Source: Asterias rubens
Taxonomy: Eukaryota
Direction of reading: 5' to 3'
NCBI RefSeq assembly: GCF_902459465.1
Contig: NC_047068.1
Coordinates: 15,624,001-15,688,000, forward strand
DNA: 64,000 nucleotides
Part shown: positions 1-12,738 of the stretch, one piece after another
Numbering within the stretch: the stretch's first letter is position 1
How the letters are laid out: the number at the start of each line of letters is the position of its first letter
The notes under the pieces: model-generated
Seen by the model: the letters and a program-made list of their open reading frames with translations, nothing else
Told to the model about the DNA's origin: nothing
Databases searched by the model: none
Program-made: the position numbers and the translations under genes

Positions 1-1406
1 ATCATCTAGTTTGTGATAAATAATATATTTTACAAACTAATCTTGAAAAGTTGAATCAGCAAATTCTTGGCCAAATACTGTTCTGTGCCTAGCCAAGTTC
101 TTTCAACAAAATTCTTATGAAAATCACTTGGGTGGGATTCGAACCTGGTTCACGATAAAAGTAGTTTTTGTTTTGTTAATGAAGTTTGGTTGAGGCAATT
201 GTTGCACCATCTTTTGTTTGTCCAAGTTCAAAAGGTTTGGAAGTGGTGCTAGAATTTTTTTTCACAGAGGCTTGGTTTCTTATAAGCAATATTTTTAGAT
301 TTTAATACTATCAGCAGCTTTGTTATCTGTCATGTCTGTGACATAAAATTTTCAAAATGAACTACAGAGATTAGTAGGAAATAACGTGAATTGATGTGTG
401 TGGCAAACTGTCCATAAGGTAGTTTGATTGATGTACACAGTAGTAAGACTCATCTATGAAAATATAGATTTACTTGATATTTTGCTGCTTTTCTCCGCCA
501 AAAAACAAACATAACTTGCTGCAAACCAAAATTATGTCATCGGGTAAGATAGACAGACAATTAGAGCATTATTATATTGGACCAAATTAATTGTGGATAG
601 ACGGTGCTGTGTGCCGTCAAAATATGATCATTGCGAGTAGGTCAATTGGAGAGCTGTTCCACATGATTGTAATGTTCATCATTAATTAATGTTTACCCAT
701 TACAGACAAATGAATAAAAAGGCAGCACTTAAATAATTCTTTGTTTTCAGAAAAAAAACTTTGAAGCAAAGGTATGTACAGCAGCTTTAGATTGTCATTT
801 CAATTTGAGAAGCGTTACTGTCGGGGACATTTTGCAGATTGTGCATTCTTCCTACATGGAAAATGATGGACATATTATTCGCTCTGAATTTTCAGTGATA
901 TTTACAAATTAAGAACACCTTTTGAAATGAATTCTCATAGGTTTCTTTTATTGTGTACATCTACATATTTATAGGATTAAAACAAATTTACAGTGACTGT
1001 CTTTCTTTTATTCCTGTTTGGGTGGATGGGTATGTAGTTGCACATGTAGTTGGGACACATGGAAAACTTATTCTATACAGAAAATCAATATTTAAATCTA
1101 ATTTTAATAAATCAGTTCATTTTTTCAACTGTTTTTATATATATATAGATGATTATTGAAAGGTTAATTAACTTATAGAATAAATAATTCACTTTCATTT
1201 GTATTTTTAATTTGGTTCAGCTGTTTATGCAAGTGTAGAGATTATTGTTATTGGAGTAATTTTGATACAAGTTTTTAAAAGTTATTATTTTTGTTTACAT
1301 CATGAAATAAACCTTTTATTTCCTCAAGTACTATTGTGTTCAATGTAGATCGTTGATTTCTCAAATAAATGGTGAATAAATATTTACAAATCATTTACTT
1401 AAATCT

Positions 1407-2174
1407 GAGTTTTGTTCACAGGGTGGGTGAGTTTTGTTCACAGGGTGGTGAGTTTTGTTCACAGGGTGGCGAGTTTTGTTCATAGGGTGGGTGAATTTTG
1501 TTCACAGGGTGGGTGAATTTTGTTCACAGGGTGGGTGAGTTTTGTTCACAGGGTGGGTGAGTTTTGTTTAAAGGTGGGTGAGTTTTTTCACAGCGTGGGT
1601 GAGTTGTTCACAGGGTGGGTGAGTTTTGTTCAGAGGGTTGGTGAGTTTTGTTTACAGGGTGGTCGAGTTTAAAAGTGTTCACAGGGTGGGTGAGTTTTGT
1701 TCACAGGGTTGGTGAGTTTTGTTTACAGGGTGGTTGAGTTTAAAAGTGTTCACATGGTGGGTGAGTTTTGTTCACAGGGTTGGTGAGTTTTGTTTACAGG
1801 GTGGTTGAGTTTAAATGTGTTCACATGGTGAGTGAGTTTTGTTCACAGGGTTGGTGAGTTTTGTTTACAGGGTGGTTGAGTTTAAAAGTGTTCACATGGT
1901 GGGTGAGTTTTGTTCACAGGGTTGGTGAGTTTTGTTTACAGGGTGGTTGAGTTTAAATGTGTTCACATGGTGGGTGAGTATTGTTCACAGGGTTGGTGAG
2001 TTTTGTTTACAGGGTGGTTGAGTTTAAAAGTGTTCACATGGTGGGTGAGTTTTGTTCACAGGGTTGGTGAGTTTTGTTTACAGGGTGGTTGAGTTTAAAT
2101 GTGTTCACAGGGTGGGTGAGTTATGTTCATGTGGGTAAGTTTTGTTCCCAGAGTAGGTAAGTTCTGTTCACAGG
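1407..2174 (+). repeat. G/T-rich minisatellite, 22-bp monomer GAGTTTTGTTCACAGGGTGGGT with 71-bp and 142-bp higher-order repeats
   Basis: Tandem monomers read directly. The long variant GAGTTTAAA(A/T)GTG recurs at 1665, 1736, 1807, 1878, 1949, 2020 and 2091 (period 71). Confidence 0.95.
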
Positions 2175-3261
2175 CTCATCCCAACTTGACAATCTATCTT
2201 CGGCCAAAGTTTAGCTGTAAAGCTAATAATGGTGATGAGCAAATTTTCCTGCTGTGCAAAAAAAAAAGTCAAACAGTAGGCCTACATAGTTTTCTATTTT
2301 GACTGATAAAATTGTTCCTGACTAAAGCAAGATTTTTCTATGCTCGGCATTTTTAAACATTAACTCTATAAGTGTCTACATGTGTAGGTTGTAGTATTCC
2401 GAAAGCGGCATTCTCGTACATGTACAATCTTTGATGTGAAACCAAACGGTGTCGTCAATGATGATCATACATGTACACGTACAACCCTAGTATACTAGTT
2501 ATCACTTATTAGGGCATTACCACTCAAGAAATTCCATTGACTTTGGGATGCAGGCCTTATACCAAGGTAACACAAATCAGCAACATTCAATTTTTTTTAG
2601 TGAGAAAGACTTGACTGCTTTAAAAGCAGGGCATTTTATGTTCAAACTAACGCAAACAAACCAGGCACTGACAGCCTATGAGTAAATTGATGAAACCAGG
2701 TTCTGTTGAAACCAATAGGGCATCAATCCACGACTGACAGAGGCTTATTTCAGGATGACATCCCCCACTGGCTCAATTTGTTCAATTGGTGGCCATCTGG
2801 ACTCGTGGCACCAGACGTGCTCTTTGGTCTAGACATGGGCTCTAGAATAAGGTGTCATGGGTTTGAATCCCAATCGAGAGTGTTGGTGCTTCCACAAATC
2901 AATGTAAAATCATGCAAGGGCAAAACCAAAATGTTACTCTTTATCCCTGTATGAAATCAATGAAATTTAATTTCGAGGTTGAAAAAAGAAAAACTTGACT
3001 AAAACACTATAGAGTGGGATCTAAACATTGACCTCCAGGTTTTACATGAGCTATCTAGTCCTATGTTGGTGGTTTTATCTTTGCTCAAGGGTGCTAGTCA
3101 AGCCATAAAACAGTTGGCTGTCCAAGAATAACACCCAGGATTTACAAGCATGACAAGGTGCTGCAGCACATTCAGTATCAACCCTGCCAGAACACTTGGG
3201 TAACACAAACCCATATAAGTGTACTTGGTTCATGCATAGAGCAAGGGTTCATGTCAGCTCT

Positions 3262-3415
3262 GGCTTAACATCCCATCCGAAGGAAGAAGCACCAGGTTAA
3301 GTGGCTTGCTTATAAGAACTCAAGTGTCATGACCCAGACACCCACACTCTGCTGATCAGAAACATCAGAGCTTGAGTCCAGTGCTAACCAATCGAACACG
3401 ACACACCACTTTGGA
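3262..3415 (-). mobile_element. tRNA-derived SINE-like element, degenerate (family with TCCCATCCGAAGGA...GGTTAAGTG)
   Basis: Homologous to the copy at about 11795-12250 (AGTCCCATCCGAAGGAC...GGTTAAGTGTCTTGC...CAGAAACATCAGAGC). Confidence 0.6.
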
Positions 3416-4814
3416 CTGCCACTCAATCATAGTAAAAATTGTTCCAGAATATGTGCAAGTGAAAGGACTTTGTACTGAGTGGGTTTCCGAGTCTGTTTAT
3501 TTGTATCAGGAAATATGAAGATGGCCCGATGAATTGGCTTTCATTGGCGCCCAAACATGAAGATTTAAGCATGAAGATGTACGCAAACATGAAGACTTAC
3601 ACTTAAGATTTTTAGTAAAATCTATCAGAAAATTGAATATCACCAGCTTAGGCTTCTGAGAAAATGAACATCTGTAACCTCTATGCTGTAACTAGGGCGA
3701 TTGATGTACACGGAACACAATAAGCTTCAAACTGAGCCAAGACAACCATTGTCATATAGTGACTGATATTGACTTTGCATACTATAATGGCCTAGTCAGT
3801 TTTTGACAACAAAGATTGGAAAAATAAAGCACCCATACATGCAGATTAAAAACAGATAGCCACAGTTCAACAAGAAATAAACCACAAGGGATATTGACCG
3901 AGTAAATTTGAAATGATTTGGGGTTGACCCAAATCAGTCACAGTTAGCAACCTCTCTTACCAATGTAAAAAAAATATTGAATAATATAGCTGACAAATCA
4001 ACCAATCATGGGACGCGTTTATCTTATTTGGAAGTTTGCAGAATAGCTCTCGGTGTGTAATTTTATTGAATTTGTGGAGAGACATAAAATACTACCGGTA
4101 CTGCTAATAATAATAAACTAATTATAAAATGGTTAAATGTTTTGCCATTACTCAGCCAACTTGCCTGTTGATGTATCAACTCTGTTATCAGCCATGGCTA
4201 CTGGAAAAGTAGCAAGTGAATGCATCACAAGTATGCTTGGCTAATTTGACATTTCACTGAATCTTGAAATACTATGAATTCCTTTCCACTGATAAGGACA
4301 ATTTACCACAAAATTCATTGCAAGAGTTTAACTCCTTTTTTGTATGGTAGCAGTTGCAGGGGAAACTACTCCAGTAGCCTTCAACCAAAAATGGGTCATT
4401 TACAACATCTTCCCAAAAGACTTCTCATGGAACAAACTACAATCATTTGAGAGCCCAAATGTTTATTTCCATGAAATATAACATGAATGTGATACAAATG
4501 TACTTTAATATACACAATATTTAACATGATAAATGCACATTAGGTGTAGCTTAACATTTATTACTTATGTCATTGACCACCCAACATGTCCTTGTACAAC
4601 CTTTGTTCGATACCAATTGTTGCTTTTGATCAAATCAGAATAACTTTTTGCACATGGAATAGTTTTAATACAAGATGCAAAGTCACACTGTCTTTTTGTT
4701 TTCTTTTTTGTTTTCTTTTCAAGACATACAAATTGTTATGTGAATCCATAGACATAGACCTAGAAAAAGCTAATTGAGTCATGGTAATTTCAGTTGTGAA
4801 ACATTTTATTAAAA

Positions 4815-4912
4815 ACTTTGGGTTAAACAAAGAAACATTTATTAGAGTAGGACTTGAACCTGCAACCTCCGAATTAACGTGCCCGTACTCTACCCAACTA
4901 GAGCTATAGACC
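4815..4912 (-). mobile_element. tRNA-derived SINE-like element (second family)
   Basis: Minus strand reads TAGCTCTAGTTGGG (A box) ... GGTTCAAGTCC (B box) ...TTTAACCCAAA. A related copy lies at about 17712-17812 (+). Confidence 0.55.
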
Positions 4913-7900
4913 TTTAGCACGCCATCTTGGTCATGTTCCCTGTTTTTAATAACAGTTATGAATGCTAACGTTCATTGCGCATGGCACCAGACTATTATTT
5001 TGTCCAGCCTCAGTTTGGTTACAATGAGTTGGAATGGAGTAAATTCAGACCACACCGTGATAAAGGTCTATCTAGCCCACAACTCAAATAATTACTATAT
5101 CTATGGCAAAATAAGTACATCACAAAATAGAAATTGACATTTTCCTTTTTCTTCAAAGAGTTGACAAGGGAATAACTTGAACTTTACATACAGCTTAGTA
5201 TACAAATTCATGGCAACAGGCAACACACAAAATATACTGGATATAGACACATAATACACGTATAGCACCTTTTTCAAAACTAAAAGCACTGCTCAACCAG
5301 TGCATTTAATTACACTTTCTACATGTATTTGAAACGTATATACTGACTTTTTTTTAAAGGTCAAACAATTGTGTCAGAAATTAATCTGAATGTCAGGACA
5401 GTGTTTTATAACTTCATTTGAAGCACAACATCCTGTGTGGAATCACATAATAGTTTTAAAGGAAACGTAGCAAGTGTGAGGTAGGAAAGCCCGATGTACA
5501 CTCTAAATGAGAACGGTTGCAATGAATGTCATATCAGGGCTTGAATAGCCTATGAGAGGAAAATCTATAAGACCAATGCTCAGAATGATTACGGGCCCAA
5601 TTGCATGGCTCGTAAGCAAAGAATCTGCGTTTGCGTAAGCAGGGAATTCCATGCTTACATGTCAAGCATATGTAACGGGTTAGCAAGGAATTTTGGCTTT
5701 AACGCTTGTGCACTCCACGTACATGTGTTACTAGGAATTCTGCGCTTACACAGCTTAGGCAGAAATTTGGCGCTTTTAGGTAAGCAGAGTGTGATCACAA
5801 GCGGGATTCTGTGGTAAGCAGAGCCAAACATGCATACTGAGTGTTACAAGTTTTGTTGAGTACAAGGGATGACAACGACCATCATGGAGGTAATGACATA
5901 AATACACATGATGCACATGGTGTAGGCTTTAAAGCTTTCAGTTTTCAGTACATTTTTCAGATTTTTTCGCAAGGGCAAAAAGAAATCAGAATTTGGAATA
6001 ACATACAGGAAGATTGTCATTCCTGCTCATTGATTTTAAAATAAACACTACTGCCATTCCCCAAGAGAATTGTTTCCATCTGAAATATTGTAATAAGTAT
6101 ATTTCACAATCAGACACTTTATATGCCTATTTCACGCCTCATGCCTTTCGCACCAGACTTCTCTTTCAAGTGAATTTCTGATGAGGTTCATTTATCATTA
6201 ATGGAGAAAATCAAGTGACTTAAAGATCAAACAAATTGCCTCATATTGTGCATGAATCTGTTTATGGTAATAGCACAATCTGCACTTGAATTATTCATAC
6301 TTAAAGATTACTATGGATTAACCCTCTTGACATTTCCATGGCTTTTGAAGGACCAGGCTAAAAGAAACAAATAGTCCGGCCCCTACTGCTTAGGACTGAA
6401 TGACATTTGAGTGTAGGGTTGCTAGGTCAGAACATTTACTATTTGTTAAATGTTGTACTGACGTTGGAATGAAAAACAAACGTATTCCAGCAGGTGCTGT
6501 GTAACTAATCATATCAACTCAACCTCAAATATGCGTTCTCTCCCGTCTGTTTTTTGCTTTGATATGTTGCCTTTGCTTGTTTTTGTACAACCGTATGTAT
6601 AGTGCTGTATCCCATAAGCCTCGACTTATTCAAACAGCCTCCTTATTAATCACAACTTGGGTGTAACGAACATTCAGTATCATTATTCATGTTTAATCTT
6701 TGCTTATATTGTACTAACTATAAAGTAATCCAAATCATTCAGTCTTTTCTTATACAGAATAAATTTCAATGGATTGAAATTATGAGAAAAAAGGGACAAT
6801 ATGATTTTTTTTTTAAACTCTGTATCAGGCCTGATGCTTTACATATGCAAAAGGAGGCAATTGCCCCCTGGTCATTGCTTAGTGCCCTTTGAATGGTTCA
6901 AGTACAGATTTAAGTTTGACTCACTCGGGTGCCCTTAGGAGAAATTGCCTTGCCCATCCTTGCCCTATTCAACCGTGCAGTAGCCTGCTGTATTTGAAAT
7001 TGAAGCAACCTTGTGCTGTATTAACACATGCCTTTAAATGATTGATAAAAGGACGACACTGTCCAAGTCAGTGACACTACTTCACAATCAGAATAGAGCA
7101 TTTTCCCCCCACGAACTGTTCTGCTCTAACATCCAATGTTTAATTTATGTATTCCATTTGCACTTCGTCAAGCCTCATCAGCCAATTCTTTCAAACGATA
7201 CCCAATACCTATTTGTGCACACTCTAATCCAGATTAGTATTATCTGCTCTTCACTTTTCCATATTGTTGAGTGCCCTGAGCGTCACTGCGAGACGGATTA
7301 TGTGCTATAATGATAGCCACTATTATTATGTATATGATAAGTAATATCAACTACTATAACTGAGAAATATTCCTTTCTGAAATGCTGCCATATGCAAAAA
7401 ATGTGCTCACGTTCTGTCCTTAAAAAGGCAAGGGAAATGTCAAATTTAATGATGTGATGTACTCATTTTCCAATAGATGGAATCCTCAAGTGGGGAAATA
7501 TAGGTCTCTATAACCTGTTAGAATAGTGTAAGTTACCATTGTATTCAATACCCTTCCAACGCAAATTTGTTCATCATCTCAAATATCCGATGACATCATT
7601 CTGAGGAAAATGGGACTGTGCTTTTTTGTACGGGGATGTTTTGTTTCATTTAGAACTTTCAAAGATATTCAATCAATACTGCCTTGGATTTAACCTTTTG
7701 AACTGATGGCAAATTCCTCTTTGGGGTGTAAAGATGTATTAGTTATTGATATCCAATGACACCACGTTTCAATGGCATACCCATCTTACGTGGCCATACT
7801 GTAATGCCGAACTAGACGATGGAAATTAATCATTCTTTTCAAATGTCCAAAAACAAACGACAAATATACTTGTAGGAGGCCTACTTTCAAAGATGTAGAA

Positions 7901-8007
7901 TATCAGACAACGTTTACACAGTTGTATGGGTATTTGCCCATTAGATTGTGCAAGTCTTGCATGTATTCCAACATTTGAATCCGATAAAGAGCGCAACTTT
8001 TTTTCCT

Positions 8008-8170
8008 TCACATGTTGAAGCAATGTGCTCACATGTTAAAGCAAGGTCCTCCTGCATTAAAGCAATGTGCTCACTTGTTAAAGCATGTTCTCCTGCATTA
8101 AAGCAATGTGCTCACTTGTTACAGCAATGTGTGCTCACATGTTAAAGCAATAGGCATTAAAGCAATGTGC
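8008..8170 (+). repeat. Tandem repeat of 21-bp units (AAAGCAATGTGCTCACATGTT alternating with AAAGCAAGGTCCTCCTGCATT)
   Basis: About 7-8 units read directly, with partial 42-bp dimer periodicity. Confidence 0.85.
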
Positions 8171-8790
8171 GTGGCACCAAAGTGGTCGCACAACTGTTTT
8201 TAATATGCACAAGACTTGCACAGTTCATTAGTTTCCAATGATTTATAGCACTTGAATAGCAAGGTAAACATTTTCATGGTCTTACTATAGCTTACTCCAA
8301 TGGTCACACAAACACTGGTGTTGGGTTGGCTGGAGACACAAACTGTGCAACCCATAGCTGTGGGTGTGAACATTTGTTCATATCTCTTCTCAGAAACAAC
8401 AGGCCTGGAATTCACACAGGACAATCAGGTCATGTTCTCCATTGCCCCTTATCTTGGCCTTGGTGCCCCTTCAAAAGTTTCCCATCGACTTGAAAATTTT
8501 CCATTAGAAGTGCCCTTTGCAAAATGAAAATGGCCCTGCCCTTTCAACGATAAACGTTCCAAGCCTCAAACAGATGTTTTTAAAATCTAACAGTCACATT
8601 GAACAAATTAAGAAGCAGGTATTCTGGTAGCTTTGTGCAGCAGGGATTATTGGTTGCTATTAACATTATATCAACGCTCATCGATGCACACAAACATCAT
8701 TAAGTACTACTTTGGAAAGGTCTTCAGAAATTACTCTTAAAAAATACTGATATATTTCACAATGGTTATACATTTGGCAGTTCATGTTAA

Positions 8791-9143
8791 AGACAGTGGA
8801 CACTATTGGTAATTGTCAAGGATTAGTCTTTACAGTTGGTGTAACTCAACAAATTTGAGCTCAATCGGACGTTGAAGTTGCGAGATAATAATGAAAGAAA
8901 AAGAAACCCTTGTCACACGAAGTTGTGTGCTTTCTGATGCTTGATTTCGAGACCTCAAATTCTAAACTTGAGGTCTTGAAATCAAATTCGTGGAAAATTA
9001 CTCCTTTCTCGAAAACTACGTCACTTCAGAGGGAGCAGTTTCTCACAATGTTTAATACTATCAACCTCTCCCCATTACTTGTAATCAGGAAAGTTTTTAT
9101 GATAATAATTATTTTGAGTAATTACCAATAGTGTCCACTGCCT
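8791..9143. mobile_element. Kolobok-like MITE (TTAA TSD, AG(A/G)CAGTGGACACTATTGGTAATT TIR)
   Basis: TTAA at 8787-8790 and 9144-9147; TIR about 24 bp. Family copies at 13581-13958, 26231-26579, about 23660-23980, about 47510-47630 (truncated) and about 60699-61076. Confidence 0.85.
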
Positions 9144-10688
9144 TTAATGTTTATTTTACCGTCATTCTATTACATGTAGCACTCTTCAGAGAGGTAAACA
9201 TTTGTTATTCAGAATAATGTTGAATGAAGAGTAGTATAGAGCCTTAAGTGTTCATATACACAAGTCTAGATTATTTTGGAACAATTGAACTTTGGATTTT
9301 CAGAAAATATACAAACACAAAAAGTTTTAATTCACAATAAAGGAATGGAATGGCGTTGGTTTTTGAGACTTATATAGAGGTATGCCAAGAAATAAAGGTT
9401 CGTTTTCAAAACTTAATACTTATTCAAGTGTGCTCAAGTAAAAGGTTGGTTTTATACTTTACGGGAAAGTAATAATGCAAAGTAATAATGCTTTGCTTTT
9501 ATAAAACAAAAACTATAAAACAAAAACAGGTTGTAAAACAGGCCATGGCCAAGAGCTAATTTCCCAACAGTTACTACTGCCCTACATGTATGTTTCCTTA
9601 AAAAGTTTTACTCCCTGATGTGCACTGCACCGTAACAGGAACCAGCATTTCCCAACAGATCCAGCAATGGATATATCGTACATAACAGACACGACTTATG
9701 CATGACTTACACAAGAGTCTGACTTAGGCCTGACTTAAGTTGACTCACAAAACACTCAGGCTTGAGTCAGGCTTGCCTGATACAGGACTTTAGCTTGACT
9801 CATATAAGGTTAAGACTTCGGCAAGTTTGGTTGACGTATTTTGATTCCCACAATAATTAGACTTGACTCATACAAGATTTAGGCTTGCCTCACTCCAGCG
9901 TTTGGTTTAACTATACACTAAATCGGTACTGAATCAAACAAAGTTCAGGAAAAAATCAAGTTTTAGGATTTTGAAGGATTTGGGTATGGGTATTGTAAGT
10001 CACAAATCTGAGGTCACTGTATCATTACCTGTACATAAAAATGGAAAACGCACTATGAAAAATATACTCGATATTTGTAGAACTTCCATACATTATATGT
10101 ACATGTACACATAGCTGACCATTATTGCTTGTGCCCAACTGTTACAAGATGAGGTACATGTGTCTAAACCATATCCAATCCATTTTGTTTTCACAAGCAT
10201 GACAAGAGATACAAAACTTTATATATGGTCAAGTACAGTACAAACACCTACGAAAGAATACTTAAAATTTAGCTTCAATTACAAATACACTGAAAGAATG
10301 ATAATCAATTTACATTTACACTACATAAATGATGGGTGTCTACTGTTTTGAAGGGTAGATTTACTATGTCTGACTGCATGCCATCATGTGATGAATGCAT
10401 TAACAATAACACACTTACGGTTATTATGTGAAATTGGGTTGTGAATACACAAGACTGTACTTGCACAACAAATATGGAATGTCACTTTGACGTGGCAGAA
10501 GCACACTTTTTAAAGTTGAAGAGCTCACTCAATATTTCCATATCCAACCCCCTCCATTACCCCATTCGAAAGCTCCATTCTTACCCCCAACTAATCCCCC
10601 AAAACTCTCGAAATATTCATTAATAAAAATTTAACACATATTTCTTAAAATACTTATTGAGTTGGAATTGACAAATAAAACAGACTAA

Positions 10689-10897
10689 GGCCCAATTTCA
10701 TAGAGCTGCTAAGCACAAAAATTTGCCTAGCATGAGTTTTCTTTGAATTTCCATTTGTTGCATATTGCTGGTTACTGGTATTCAGCTGTTGTTTGCTTAT
10801 ATCACGTAGAAATTTTGTTGGTAATCCTGTTTTTATCAAGGCAAACATTTCATACTTAAAGCAATTTTTGTGCTTAGCAGCTCTATGAAATCAGGCC
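10689..10897. mobile_element. MITE family A (GGCCCAATTTCATAGAGCTGC TIR), PIF/Harbinger-like
   Basis: 35-bp TIR with 2 mismatches. Other copies have 3-bp CAG/CTG TSDs (11909-12066, 41184-41425). Confidence 0.85.
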
Positions 10898-11794
10898 CTG
10901 TATGGAAGGTAAATCAACCAAGAAGCAGTATACTTCACAAGGATACAACTATACGTGAAGCAACAATGAAGGAAACACATACATTTGTTTGTTTTTACCC
11001 ATTGTTTTAAAGTACGTAGATCGATACGTATCCAGGCATTATGCAGGTGTACATCTATCTATACACGTACACCTGCACAACCTATAGGTGAAAATTTCAT
11101 TTCAAAAAGTGGTAGCATTTTTGAGATATCGCAGGACGAGTAGTTTGTAATTGGAAAACACAAACTGGCAGAAACAATTCTCAGATTCAAATTTCTGGGG
11201 ACAAAACTAATACATTTCTTTTTGCCTTAACCACATTACTTAAAAATAAAATGACTCTCAAAATGCTGCATACTATCGAAAGATAAGTCCTACTATTAAC
11301 TAAGTAAGTGTTTATTGCCATTTTAAGATTGATCATCAAACGTATACCTTCCCTTAAACATATACAACATTGCAAACAAATTACTGGTTAAACAAACTCA
11401 TGGCTTTAGCTTGGTTGTCTGTCACCTTCTGGGCCCAATTTCATAAAGCTGCTTAAAGCAAAGTATAGTTGCATTTCACATGGTGCATATGAAGTGGTAT
11501 TTTGGTTGGTTATCTTATAATAGTGGCTTCAAGTTCTTATCTAGCGCTCATATCCGTCACTCAGTGACGTTCAAGGCGATTCAACATTCAGTATTTTCCA
11601 GCACGATATTATGAAGCTTGAAGTACATATGAGACCAATTCCTTTACAAATAGCACCATGCAATGGCTTACAAGATGCTGTGGCACAATATGCAGCTACT
11701 CAAATCAGGAACACCGGGGCAAACCTCTGCTCTTTTTGATAAGTACACTTCGTTCTTTTATGTGCATTATACATATAGTGTACTTGTAACACAC

Positions 11795-12707
11795 ACAACT
11801 TTAAGTCCCATCCGAAGGACAGAGCGTCATGGTTAAGTGTCTTGCTTTTAAGGACACAAGTCTCACAACCTGGGCTCGAACCCTAACTCTGTTGAACAGA
11901 AACATCAGGGCCCAATTTCTTAGAGCTGCTAAGCACAAAAATTTGCTTAGCATGAAATTTGTTCCTTGTTTAAAACAGGATTACCAACCAAATTTCCACT
12001 TATTGCATTCAGCTGTTGTTTGCTGAATTTATCCTGAAAATCATAGTAGCTATATGAAATTGGGCCCAGGGGTCGATTTCACAAAGAGTTAGGACTAGTC
12101 CTAACTTAGGACTAGTCCTAAGAGATATCAAAAACGTACAGCTAGTCCTAAGTTAGGACTAGTAACTCGTCTTAACTCAAGATAAGTCTAGTCCTAACTC
12201 TTTGAGAAATCCACCCCAGAGCTCTCTAGTTCCGGCGTTCTTATCCGCTTAGAACCTAATTGTGCCAAGCATAATTTTGTTGAGCTTAGCAACTATTTGT
12301 CCGCAGCTCTATGAAATTTGGTCCCAGGGGCCAATTTCATAGAGAATATTGCTTGAAAATTTTCTGCTAAGCAGAAATCTGCAGGATATGAGTCACAAGT
12401 TGTATTGTGACATGGTAGTTTGGCTGGTAACCTTATCCGAACCCACACACTGTTGACACAGAAACACCAGAGCTCGAGTCTGCACTCTTATCCACTTAGA
12501 AATTAATTGTGCTAAGCAAGTGTTGTGCTTTGCTACTTTTGTGCCTAAGCAGCTCAACGAAATTGGGCCTTGGGGTGAATTTCACAAAGAGTCTTATCTC
12601 GACAAGTTGGACAAGTAGGAGTAGGACAAGCCTCAAGTTTTGAATAACTTCTAAAGAGTCCAAGGACTAATCTTAAGTTAGGACTATCTTTCTGAAATCG
12701 ACCCCTG
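11795..12707. mobile_element. Nested cluster: SINE split by MITE A (11909-12066) and MITE B (12070-12216), followed by further MITE A fragments and MITE B (12573-12704)
   Basis: CAG TSDs at 11906-08, 12067-69 and 12217-19. Removing both MITEs restores the SINE junction CAGAAACATCAG|AGC seen in the 3262-3415 copy. Confidence 0.85.
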
Positions 12708-12738
12708 GACGTTAAGAAAGGAATGGGAGTAGATGTGA

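Noticed and set aside
751-912. Possible terminal exons of a plus-strand gene (21-nt microexon 751-771 with AG/GTATGT; 838-912 IVHSSYMEND...*), AATAAA near 1305
   Set aside because: Too short to assign a product; the 66-nt intron and the frame cannot be verified without upstream sequence.
1407-2174. CRISPR-like appearance of the repeat array
   Set aside because: No unique spacers, eukaryotic context, no cas genes.
8910-9131. Recurrent ORFs MSHEVVCF.MLDFETSNSK... (also 13625-13834, 60847-61035)
   Set aside because: They arise from the same non-autonomous MITE family; there is no transposase similarity.
4460-10340. 3'UTR-like A/T-rich stretches suggesting a very long CARHSP1 3'UTR
   Set aside because: No way to place the poly(A) site from sequence alone.
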